The position numbers and the translations under genes are program-made. Under the pieces are notes generated by a model, which was not told where the DNA came from, did no database searches, and saw only the letters and a list, made by a program, of their open reading frames with translations. From the NCBI GenBank assembly GCA_046331705.1, contig JAXLQJ010000014.1, positions 124,001-156,582 on the forward strand: a stretch of DNA of 32,582 nt, given 5' to 3'. Position 1 is the stretch's first letter; each line of letters opens with the position of its first letter. This DNA comes from a bacterium (GTDB lineage Bacteria; JADJOY01). This document shows, piece after piece, positions 1 through 8,584 of this stretch.

Positions 1-290
1 AGCTGCTCTTCGAGGCTTCGCACCGCGAGCAGACGCGAGGCGACCGGCGCCACCACGGCCGCGACACCCTCGAGCCGGGGCGGCGCGAGCTCGCGCTCGA
101 GCAGCCAGTCCAGATACCAGTCCGCGTGGCGATGCTCGTCGCCACCGAAGCCCGCGAGCGCGTGGCGTACGTCCTCGTTGGCGGTCGCCACCGCCAGCTG
201 GGCGTAGAGCTCCCCGCCGAGCTGCTCGGCGAAGTAGAACGTGCGCGCGGCGCGAACCGTGGCCGTGTCGGGTGATGGTGAGCGTGTCAC
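1..290 (-). CDS. Ferritin-like/rubrerythrin-type four-helix protein, N-terminal part (runs off the window)
   Basis: Not in the ORF track. Manual translation from GTG at 290 (GGAGG upstream) gives VTRSPSPDTATVRAARTFYFAEQLGGELYAQLAVATANEDVRHALAGFGGDEHRHADWYLDWL..., with the E...Y...DExxH ferritin-like pattern. The frame stays open to the window edge. Confidence 0.65.
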   Translation of the reverse strand, partial: MTRSPSPDTATVRAARTFYFAEQLGGELYAQLAVATANEDVRHALAGFGGDEHRHADWYLDWLLERELAPPRLEGVAAVVAPVASRLLAVRSLEEQ

Positions 291-361
291 GACCGGTCTC
301 GACCTCCGCGCGAGCCTAGCTCACCCCCCCATCGAACACCACCAACCCAGCCCCGCGAAGC

Positions 362-970
362 TCACCCGCCCGCGCGCGGGATGGCAGCGCTGGCGCGTTC
401 CAGCAGTCGTTGCCCCTCGGGGCCGAGCGCGATCCGTGCCGCCAGCGCTCGGCCTTCGGCGCTCATCTTCGCGAGGGTGCGCCGCAACACGTCGATCATC
501 TTCTCCTCGGGCAGCTTGGCGACGAGCTCCCCGAGCTGCAGCTCGAGCGTGACGAGGCTGACCGCATCCTGGAGCGCTTGAGCCTCGGCGTCGGTCTCGC
601 GACCTTCCTTGCGGATCAGCTTCTCGACCCGCGCCATCGCGCCGGCGTCGGCGCCGAGACTCGCGAGGACGTCCCGCGCCACCGCGACGTGGAGATCGGT
701 GAGCTTTCTGCGCCACGCGTGATATCCGGCGCGGCCCGCCGGAAACGCGTCGCGCGGCACCTCCCAGCGACGCACGTGCTGCGCTCGGCAAGCGAACGCG
801 AGCGCTGGGCTCGGTCGCTCGACCAGCAGCGACGTCCAGTGCTCGACGCGATCCGCGTACACCAGCTCGAAGGCGCGCTCGGCGCCCGCGCCGTCGTCCA
901 CGCGGCGGGGGTCTTGCGCGTTCGCCGCGTCCACCGCCGCTCGGGCGTGACGCCACCACTCGTCACTCAT
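362..970 (-). CDS. DUF4202 family protein
   Basis: ATG at 970 (MSDEWW...). Contains DAANAQDP, ELVYADR, ACRAQHVRRWEVPR, GRAGYHAWR and QALQDAVSLV, typical of DUF4202. Confidence 0.8.
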   Translation of the reverse strand: MSDEWWRHARAAVDAANAQDPRRVDDGAGAERAFELVYADRVEHWTSLLVERPSPALAFACRAQHVRRWEVPRDAFPAGRAGYHAWRRKLTDLHVAVARDVLASLGADAGAMARVEKLIRKEGRETDAEAQALQDAVSLVTLELQLGELVAKLPEEKMIDVLRRTLAKMSAEGRALAARIALGPEGQRLLERASAAIPRAGG

Positions 971-1043
971 GATTGAATGCCCCTTGGTCTCCGGCCGATG
1001 CTGGGGCGCGGCGTGAGCGCGCCCCACGTCGCCAGCCTGCCGA

Positions 1044-1721
1044 ATGCCGCAAGCCGACGCCAACCCATCGCGCGATCGGAACGCAGTCACGCCACGCTTC
1101 CGTGTGGTGCGCTGGGTGTTCGCGTTCAGCGCCGGCACCATCGCGCTGGTGGGTTACCTCGCCACCAGCCGCTGGAACCTGGCGCGCTTCGACGCGGGCC
1201 TCGCGCCGATCACGCTCTTCACGAGCCTCGATCATCACATCCCATTCGTGCCCCTCGCGTTCTGGGCCTACGTGCTCTACTACCTGCTGGCGATCTCGCC
1301 GACGTTTCTCGCGTGCAACTGGCGCGAGCTGCTCACCATGGCGGTCGCGTACGGCACCGCGTCGGTGATCGCGTGGCTCACGTGGGTGGTGCTGCCGGTG
1401 CGCATGATGGTGCCGCCGCTTCACTGCGCCGGGCTCACGTGCCGCTTGCTGGTGGCGTTCCAGGAGGGCGACGGCGGCGTGAACGTGTTCCCGAGCCTGC
1501 ACGTCGCACACACGGTGCTCGCCGCCGCGTTCCACGTGCACCATCGCAGCCGGGTGGCGCCGTTGGTGCTGGTGGGCACGATGCTGGTGGTCGCCTCCAC
1601 CGTGCTGATCCGACAGCACTACCTGGTGGACCTCCCCGCCGGTGCGCTGACCGCGGCGATCGGCTGGTGGATGGCGCGGCTGACGATGGGGCTGGGCATT
1701 CCGGCACGCGAGCGGGCATGA
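1044..1721 (+). CDS. PAP2-superfamily membrane phosphatase/phosphotransferase (PAP2_3, AUR1/IPC-synthase-like)
   Basis: About six hydrophobic segments, with NVFPSLHVA and STVLIRQHYLVD motifs. Confidence 0.75.
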   Translation: MPQADANPSRDRNAVTPRFRVVRWVFAFSAGTIALVGYLATSRWNLARFDAGLAPITLFTSLDHHIPFVPLAFWAYVLYYLLAISPTFLACNWRELLTMAVAYGTASVIAWLTWVVLPVRMMVPPLHCAGLTCRLLVAFQEGDGGVNVFPSLHVAHTVLAAAFHVHHRSRVAPLVLVGTMLVVASTVLIRQHYLVDLPAGALTAAIGWWMARLTMGLGIPARERA

Positions 1722-2572
1722 GCGTTCGGACACTCATCCTCGGTTGTGGCGACGTCGGCACGCGGCTCGGGCTCGCCCTCGCCGAGCGCGGCCACGAGGT
1801 GTGGGGATTGCGGCGCGACGCCGCGCGTATACCGGGCCCGATCCACGCGCTGGGTGGCGACCTCGCTCGGCCCGAAACGCTGCCGCGCTGGCCCGCAGGT
1901 CTCGATCTCGTGTTCTACACCGCTGCCGCGGACGACCCCTCGGAGGCGGCCTACACGGCCGCGTACGTCGACGGCCTGCGCAACGCGCTCGCATCGATCA
2001 CGGACCAGGGTTGCGCGCCGCGCCGGCTCTTCTACACCTCCAGCACCGCCGTCTATGCGCAGCACGAGGGCGAGTGGGTGGACGAGCGCTCGCCGACCGT
2101 GCCCGAGCACCACGGCGGACGCATCCTGCTCGCCGGCGAGCGGCTCGCCGCGGCGAGCGTCGCCGCCACCACGGTGGTACGCCTCGCCGGCATCTACGGA
2201 CCTGGCCGCACGCGCTTGATCGACGGCATTCGCGCTGGCGAGCTCCATTGCGGAGGGGCGATCGCCGAGATCACCAATCGCATTCACAGCGTGGATTGCG
2301 CGGGCTTCCTCGCTCACCTCGCGACACTCGACGAACCGGCGCCGCTCTACCTCGGCGTCGACGACGAGCCCGCCGATCGCTGCAGCGTGTTCCACTGGCT
2401 GGCCGAGCGACTCGGAGCGCCCGACCCCCATCGCCCCTCGCCGGCGAGCGCGAGCTCGCGCAGGGCTGGCAACAAGCGCTGCAGCAACGCGCTGCTGCGC
2501 GCCACCGGCTATCGACTGCGCTATCCGACGTTTCGAGAAGGCTACGCGGCCCTGCTCGCCGAGCGCGCCTGA
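1718..2572 (+). CDS. NAD-dependent epimerase/dehydratase (atypical SDR, YeeZ-like)
   Basis: ATGA overlap with the upstream gene. Contains the ILGCGDVG Rossmann motif, YTSSTAVY, RLAGIYGPGR, TNRIH and YPTFREG. Confidence 0.85.
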   Translation: MSVRTLILGCGDVGTRLGLALAERGHEVWGLRRDAARIPGPIHALGGDLARPETLPRWPAGLDLVFYTAAADDPSEAAYTAAYVDGLRNALASITDQGCAPRRLFYTSSTAVYAQHEGEWVDERSPTVPEHHGGRILLAGERLAAASVAATTVVRLAGIYGPGRTRLIDGIRAGELHCGGAIAEITNRIHSVDCAGFLAHLATLDEPAPLYLGVDDEPADRCSVFHWLAERLGAPDPHRPSPASASSRRAGNKRCSNALLRATGYRLRYPTFREGYAALLAERA

Positions 2573-2673
2573 GCCAGCGGGGGGCTGCCCCCAGTCCGCC
2601 GCGCGCTGGTGGAGCCACGGCGAAGGGTGGTACTAAGTCGGGTCGCGATGCCACTCGGCCGCAACCCACGCAC

Positions 2674-4236
2674 GTGAGCCGCTTCCTCGTCGATCTCGCC
2701 TGGGTGGCCTCGGGCATCGTCGCCTACGAGGTGCTGCGGTCGTTCGTGCTGCGCTCGGCGGCGCGCCGCATCGAGCGATCGGTCCGCGAGTTCATCCGCG
2801 AGGCCCACCTCTCGCGCGAGGCCTATCGCTTCGCGTCGAAGGTCGTGGTCATCGACGAGATGATGAACGACCCGGTGCTGAACGAGGAGATCCTGCGCAA
2901 GGCCTCGCGCGACGGCATCCGCATCGAGCAAGCGCGGGCGCTCGCCGAGCGCTACCTCGAGGAGATCGTTCCCTCGTTCAACCTGCTCTCGTATTACCAA
3001 GTCGGCTATCGGGTCGCGCGCGCCATCGTGAACGGGCTCTACGAGGTCGTCGTCGATCGCACGAACCTCGAGGCCGTGCAGCGGCTGCCGCGGCGCTCGG
3101 TCGTGATCTTCGTCGCCAACCACCGCAGCAACGTCGACTACGTGCTCATGGCGTACCTGCTCGCCCGCCACATCACGCTCAGCTACGCGGTGGGCGAGTG
3201 GGCGCGCGTCTGGCCGCTCGAGCACCTCTTCAAGAGCTTCGGTTCGTACTTCGTGCGGCGCGGCTTTCGCGACGACTTCTACCACACGGTCCTCAAGCGC
3301 TACGTGCAGCACATCAGCGCGCGCGGCATCACCCAGGGCATCTTCCTCGAGGGCGGCCTGAGCCGAGATGGCCAGCTGCGCGAGCCGAAGGTGGGCTTGC
3401 TCGACTACCTGGTGCAGCTCAAGGCCGATCCCGAGTTCCAGAGCGATCTGGTGTTCGTGCCGGTCGGCATCAACTTCGACTGGGTGCTCGAGGACGAGCA
3501 CCTGCTGGCCGAGCACGCGGGCCGCGTCACCAAGCCCACGCTCGCCGACAAGGCCGCGTCGCTGACGCGGCTGCTCGTCCTGGGGCCGCCGACGCTGATC
3601 GCCAACGCGTGGCGGCTCGCCACCGGCCGCATCAAGCGGCACGGCTACGCAAGCGTTCGCATCGGGGCGCCGGTCTCGTTCGACGAATACGCGCTACGCA
3701 CGGCGAGCGATCCCGAAGCGGGCTCGTCGCTCGCGGGCGGCACCCGCGCGAGTCGAGTCGCCGCCGTGAAGGACTTCGCCGATCACCTCATGCACGCGAT
3801 CGCCCGCGCGATCCCCGTCACGCCGATCCCCCTCGCGTGCGCCGCGTTGCAGCGCCTCGGGCCCGGGCCGGTGACGCACGACGCGCTCCGCGCCGAGATC
3901 GCGCGACTGCGCAAGAGCGCGGAGGCGCGCGGCGCGGCGGTGGTCATGGGTCACGAGTTCGAGGCCGAGCGAGGCGCTCGCGAGCGCCTCGGCGACGAGC
4001 GCGCCGACCGGCGCGGCGGCTTGGTCGAGTTCGAGGAGGCCTACCTGGACGCGGGCGAAGCGCGCGTGCTCCTCGATTGCGCGCTCGAGGTGCTGGTGCG
4101 CCGCCGCGTCGTGCGCATCCGCGCCGGCGCCATCGAGATCCGACCCGACAAGCAAGACGTCGTGCGCTACTACGCGAACTCGATCCGCCGCCATCTGGAG
4201 CCAGACGGTTCCGCCACGGAGTCCGTGAATGCCTAA
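2674..4236 (+). CDS. PlsB/GPAT-like glycerol-3-phosphate acyltransferase family protein
   Basis: Likely GTG start at 2674 followed by a TM helix. Acyltransferase motifs NHRSNVD (HxxxxD), FGSYFVRR, FLEGGLSRDG and FVPVGI are present. Confidence 0.8.
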   Translation: MSRFLVDLAWVASGIVAYEVLRSFVLRSAARRIERSVREFIREAHLSREAYRFASKVVVIDEMMNDPVLNEEILRKASRDGIRIEQARALAERYLEEIVPSFNLLSYYQVGYRVARAIVNGLYEVVVDRTNLEAVQRLPRRSVVIFVANHRSNVDYVLMAYLLARHITLSYAVGEWARVWPLEHLFKSFGSYFVRRGFRDDFYHTVLKRYVQHISARGITQGIFLEGGLSRDGQLREPKVGLLDYLVQLKADPEFQSDLVFVPVGINFDWVLEDEHLLAEHAGRVTKPTLADKAASLTRLLVLGPPTLIANAWRLATGRIKRHGYASVRIGAPVSFDEYALRTASDPEAGSSLAGGTRASRVAAVKDFADHLMHAIARAIPVTPIPLACAALQRLGPGPVTHDALRAEIARLRKSAEARGAAVVMGHEFEAERGARERLGDERADRRGGLVEFEEAYLDAGEARVLLDCALEVLVRRRVVRIRAGAIEIRPDKQDVVRYYANSIRRHLEPDGSATESVNA

Positions 4237-5074
4237 TCTCGAGCTTCGCCCCAAGACCAACGTCTCGACGTTCCGGCGCATCGCGCTCGGCACGTGGCGG
4301 ACCGTCGGCGATCCGAGCGTCTACGGCACCCTGACGCTGCGGGTCGACGAGGCGCTGCGCTACATCGAGGCGTTCCGCACGGCCACCGGCAAGCGCGTCA
4401 CCCTCACGCACCTCATGTGCAAGGCGATGGGCGGCGTCTACCAGCGGATGCCCGACGCGAACGCCATCCTGCGGTTCGGTCGCATCTACCTGCGCGAACG
4501 GATCGGTGTCTTCTTCCAGGCCGTGATCGAGGATCCGCGCACGGGCGAATACGACCTGAGCGGTCTCACGATCCTCGATCCCGAGAAGAAATCGCTGACC
4601 GAGATCGTCGCCGAGTTCGAGGAACGGGTCGAGAAGGTGCGCACCGGCAAGGACCGCGAGCTCGAGCAATCGCGCTCGATCTTCAAGCGGCTGCCGTTCT
4701 GGCTGTTGCGGCCCGTGCTCGACCTGATGGGCTTCCTGACGCTCGAGCTCAACCTGGACCTCCGGCGCTTCGGCATACCCAGAGACCCCTTCGGCTCGCT
4801 GATGATCACCAACATCGGCTCACTCGGCATCGACGAAGCGTACGTGCCGCTCGTGCCCTACAGCCGCGTGCCGCTCTTGATCGCGATGGGCGCCGTGCAG
4901 GAAGTGCCGATCATCCACGAGGGCACGATCAGCGTGGGCAAGGTGATGCACCTCAACGTCACCTTCGACCATCGCGTGATCGACGGCGCCCACGCCGCGA
5001 TCATGTCGAAGACCCTCAAGGACTGGTTCGAGCACCCCTTCGAGCGCTTCGACCCGATCCCCACGCCAGGCTGA
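4229..5074 (+). CDS. Stand-alone 2-oxoacid dehydrogenase E2 (acyltransferase) catalytic domain, no lipoyl domain
   Basis: Contains FRRIA, ITNIGSLG and the catalytic TFDHRVIDG motif. It is only 281 aa and overlaps the upstream stop by 8 nt. Confidence 0.85.
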   Translation: MPNLELRPKTNVSTFRRIALGTWRTVGDPSVYGTLTLRVDEALRYIEAFRTATGKRVTLTHLMCKAMGGVYQRMPDANAILRFGRIYLRERIGVFFQAVIEDPRTGEYDLSGLTILDPEKKSLTEIVAEFEERVEKVRTGKDRELEQSRSIFKRLPFWLLRPVLDLMGFLTLELNLDLRRFGIPRDPFGSLMITNIGSLGIDEAYVPLVPYSRVPLLIAMGAVQEVPIIHEGTISVGKVMHLNVTFDHRVIDGAHAAIMSKTLKDWFEHPFERFDPIPTPG

Positions 5075-5138
5075 CGAGCCCGCGCCCCGGGGGCGCGAAG
5101 ACGGCGCGCTCCGACGGCGGAAGTGCTTCGGCGCGCGG

Positions 5139-5693
5139 TCAGCCCTTGAGGTGCGGCAACAGGCGCTTGAACTCGGGCGTCCCCGCCTTGCCGAGCAGCT
5201 CGTAGATCACCATCTCCACCGGAGCGATCTGGCATCCGACGTCGCGCATCCGCTCCAAGCCGAACGCGTGATTGGCGGCGGTGCGCGAGCCGACGGCATC
5301 GGCCACCACGGTCACGTCGTAACCCGCGTTCCGGCACGCGAGCGCCGTCTGATACACGCAGATGTGCGCCTCGACGCCGGTGAGGACGAGTCGTTTCCGC
5401 CCGAGCTCCGTGAGCGCGCGCGCGGCCCCCTCGTTGGCGAGGCACGAGAACTCGGTCTTGTCGAAGGTCGGCTGCGACTCTCCGACGAGCTCGGCCACGC
5501 TCGGCACGATCGGGCCGATGCCTGCCTTGTACTGCGTGGTGACGAGCTTGGGGATCGCCTGGATCTCCGCCAGCCGAAGCAAGAGCGAGGCATTGCGAAT
5601 GACGTCGTCGCGGTTCGCGATCGCGGCCATCAGCCGCTCCTGAATGTCGATCACCACGAGCGCGACGGTGTCGGCGGCCAGTGCTCGATACAT
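5139..5693 (-). CDS. Isochorismatase-family cysteine hydrolase
   Basis: VVIDIQERL, KTEFSC, GVEAHICVYQT and DAVGSR motifs. Confidence 0.9.
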   Translation of the reverse strand: MYRALAADTVALVVIDIQERLMAAIANRDDVIRNASLLLRLAEIQAIPKLVTTQYKAGIGPIVPSVAELVGESQPTFDKTEFSCLANEGAARALTELGRKRLVLTGVEAHICVYQTALACRNAGYDVTVVADAVGSRTAANHAFGLERMRDVGCQIAPVEMVIYELLGKAGTPEFKRLLPHLKG

Positions 5694-5884
5694 GCGCTGC
5701 GTCTCCTTGGCGGCTCGCGCCGCGAGTGGGCCGCGCGCATTCTGGACCGCCGCGAGCGCTCACGGCTAGGCGTGTGGCGGGTTGCGCGGCGCGCCGCGCC
5801 AGCACCTCGCTCCACGTGCTCTCGGAGGTCTCGACCGACCGCGCCGCCGAGGCGCTCGGCAGCCTGCTAGCCTGCCGCGGTCGC

Positions 5885-8584
5885 ATGTGCCCGCTGACCG
5901 ACGCGCGCCCCACCGCATCCGACGCGACTCGCGCGCCCGCGATCCACCCGGTCGAGCTCGCGGCGATCGCGCTGCTCACGCTGGTCGCCGCGTGGATGCG
6001 CCTGCGCCAGCTCGGCGCGCTCTCGCTCTCGGGCGACGAAGGCTTCACGTTTCTCGCCGTCCGCGGCGTGCTGCACGACGGGATCCCGCGCCTGCCGTCG
6101 GGGGCGGTCTACTGGAAGAGCCTGCTCTACACGTATCTCGCCAGCGGCGCGGTGAGCGTGGTGGGACTCGACAGCGCCCACCTGGAAGCGGCGCTGCGGC
6201 TGCCGGCAGCCCTCGCGTCCACGGCGCTCGTCCCGACGCTGTGGTGGGCGGCGCGGCGCATGTTCACCCCAGCCGCCGGCGTGGCCGCGGCGGTCGTGAT
6301 CGCGCTCCACGTCTGGCAAGTCGAGATGAGCCGTTACGCCCGCTACTACCCGCTTCTCGAGTTGACGCTGGTGGCGTTCGTGGAGCGCTGCCATGCGGTC
6401 CACGTGCGACGCGCTGCGGGCGCACGCTTCGGGTTGGTGCTCTGCTTCCTGGCCTCGCTCGCGACCCACACCATCGCGCTGACGTTCCTGTTGCTCTACG
6501 TTCCGATCCTCGTGTTCGAGCGGCGGCGCGTGGCGCGCGACCGGGCGCTCTGGCTCGAGCTCGGCAGCCTGGCGCTCGTCGCCATCGGTTGGCTCGCCTT
6601 CGAGTCGCGCTGGGAGGTGGGCTTCGTGCGACGGCCCGACGGCGGCGCGTTTGGCGCGGTCGCCGCGCTCACGAACGGGCTCGGGCGCTGGTCGAGCCAG
6701 TTCTTCCGCTGGCTGCCGGTGCTGGTGCCGAGGATGGCTGGCGTGGTGCTCGCCGGCGGCGCGCTGTGGGCGTTGCTGGCGCTGTCGCCGCGCACGCGCG
6801 GAACGGCCGGCCATGGCGGCCGATTCGCCGCGGCGCTCGGCGCGACCGTGGCGGCGACGATCGCGCTCCTCGGGTTCGGCGAAGCGCACGCCGTTCCGCG
6901 CTATCTCTTCTTCCTGCTGCCGTTCGGCGCGGCGCTGGCGGGGCGACGAGCGGGGGGCGGGCGCGCTCGCGGGCCAGTGGACGCGGGCGCGCGCGGCGCG
7001 GAGCTGGGAGCCTGGCTCGGCGCCGCGCTGGGGACCGTGGTCACGCTCACCGATGCTCGCGTCGGCGAGTCGTGGCGAGTCGCGGCGCGCACGCACTCCG
7101 ATCGTGTGGAGGACGGGCGCTATCGACCGAGCATCGAGGTGCTCTTCACGTGGGATACCGCGGGCACCGGCCGATACGTCGCGCACCACCTCGCCCCCGG
7201 CGATCGGGTCCTCGGCACCCATCCGGTCTTCGCGTACGCGTACGCGGGGCGTCTCGACGGGTGGATGTGGTGGGGAACGCGCCAGCTATGGGATGCGTTT
7301 CACGAAGCACCCGATGGCCGCGTCGTCGACAACTACGTCGGCGCTCCGCTGGTGCGACGGCTCACCGATCTGACCGGGCTACTCGACTCGCCCGGGCGAC
7401 TCTGGATCGTCACGACCCCATCGATCCGGGAGCCGACCCACGTGGATCCGGCGATCGCGCGATTCCTCGCTCAGCATCCCGAGAACCGAGTCTTCGCGGG
7501 TCGCGACGGCGTCAGCGAGGTGTACCGATTCGACAGCCGTGCCGGCGCGGCACCGCGCCGCGTCGCGTCCTTCGAGATCGAGGCGCTGCCGGGTGAGACG
7601 GGGCACGCGGAGGATGGCGCCGGCGCGAGCGGCGGATCCGTGCGCGCGGCGCGGGCGGGCACCGACGCGGAGGGAGAGCTGGCATCGACGCGCCTGACGC
7701 TGGTCGAGGCTGGCCGGTATGCCGTGACCGCATCGTTCCTCGGCGGCGACCCTGGAGCGGGAGTCCTCGTTCAGGCGCTTCGCTCCCGTGGCCAGGTGGT
7801 GCTCGCCGAACGCTTCGTCCGGCTTCCCGCTCACGAAGCGCTGTCCCTTTCGCTCGCCTTCGACCTCTCGGCACCGGACGCCATCGCGCTCAGGCTGGTC
7901 TGGGACGGCGTCGGCGCGGTGATCGCCGACCAGCTCTCGGTCGTTCGCGACCCACCGAGCACCGCGGTCGCCAACCTCGGCCACGCGCTCACCGTGGCCT
8001 GCCTGGGCGACAGCATCACCGCCACCAGTGGCTATCCCGCGGTGCTCGAGACGCTGCTTCGCGCGCGACTGCCCGGACCGGTGCGAGTGCGCGACCTGGG
8101 CCGCCCCGGCGACAACGCTCGGCAATTCCTGGAGGCGATGTCGCGAGACGACGTCCTCTCGGACGCCGATCCCGACGTCGCGCTCATCCAGCTCGGCACC
8201 AACGACGCGCGGGTCGACTCCGATCACGAGACCCGTGACGAGTTTCGCGCCAACCTGGTCGCCATCGTCGAGCGCGCGAAGCGCTTCGAAAACCTGCGCG
8301 GCGTCCACCCGCGGGTGGCGCTCGCCACGTTGCCGCCGCTCCGCACGGCGCGACCGCCGTTCGGGCCGGGCTCGGCGGCGCGCATCGACGCGGAGCTCAA
8401 CCCCACGATCCGCGAGGTGGCGCGAGACGAAGCCGTCGAGCTGATCGAAGCCAGCGCGCTCTACGCCGACGCGAATGCCCTCTCCGACGGCATCCATCCC
8501 ACCCTCGCGACCGCGGAGCGCCTCGCCGCGGCGTGGGGGGAGCTGGTCGCCGGCGATCGCACCGGGCGCGAAGTCACTGACTGA
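5885..8584 (+). CDS. GT-C (PMT/ArnT-like) membrane glycosyltransferase fused to a beta-rich domain and a C-terminal SGNH/GDSL hydrolase
   Basis: N-terminus has RLRQLGALSLSGDEGFT, ALRLPAALAS, EMSRYARYY and many TM helices. C-terminus has CLGDSIT, GRPG, LGTND and DGIHP (SGNH blocks I, II, III, V). Start codon uncertain. Confidence 0.75.
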   Translation: MCPLTDARPTASDATRAPAIHPVELAAIALLTLVAAWMRLRQLGALSLSGDEGFTFLAVRGVLHDGIPRLPSGAVYWKSLLYTYLASGAVSVVGLDSAHLEAALRLPAALASTALVPTLWWAARRMFTPAAGVAAAVVIALHVWQVEMSRYARYYPLLELTLVAFVERCHAVHVRRAAGARFGLVLCFLASLATHTIALTFLLLYVPILVFERRRVARDRALWLELGSLALVAIGWLAFESRWEVGFVRRPDGGAFGAVAALTNGLGRWSSQFFRWLPVLVPRMAGVVLAGGALWALLALSPRTRGTAGHGGRFAAALGATVAATIALLGFGEAHAVPRYLFFLLPFGAALAGRRAGGGRARGPVDAGARGAELGAWLGAALGTVVTLTDARVGESWRVAARTHSDRVEDGRYRPSIEVLFTWDTAGTGRYVAHHLAPGDRVLGTHPVFAYAYAGRLDGWMWWGTRQLWDAFHEAPDGRVVDNYVGAPLVRRLTDLTGLLDSPGRLWIVTTPSIREPTHVDPAIARFLAQHPENRVFAGRDGVSEVYRFDSRAGAAPRRVASFEIEALPGETGHAEDGAGASGGSVRAARAGTDAEGELASTRLTLVEAGRYAVTASFLGGDPGAGVLVQALRSRGQVVLAERFVRLPAHEALSLSLAFDLSAPDAIALRLVWDGVGAVIADQLSVVRDPPSTAVANLGHALTVACLGDSITATSGYPAVLETLLRARLPGPVRVRDLGRPGDNARQFLEAMSRDDVLSDADPDVALIQLGTNDARVDSDHETRDEFRANLVAIVERAKRFENLRGVHPRVALATLPPLRTARPPFGPGSAARIDAELNPTIREVARDEAVELIEASALYADANALSDGIHPTLATAERLAAAWGELVAGDRTGREVTD

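Noticed and set aside
977-4236. Long N-terminal extensions on the SDR (from 977) and the PlsB-like ORF (from 1744)
   Set aside because: The extensions overlap real upstream genes in other frames. Starts at 1718 and about 2674 fit better.
5081-5097. GC hairpin between the convergent E2-like and isochorismatase genes
   Set aside because: All-GC stem with a tiny loop and no U tract on either strand, so it is too weak to call a terminator.
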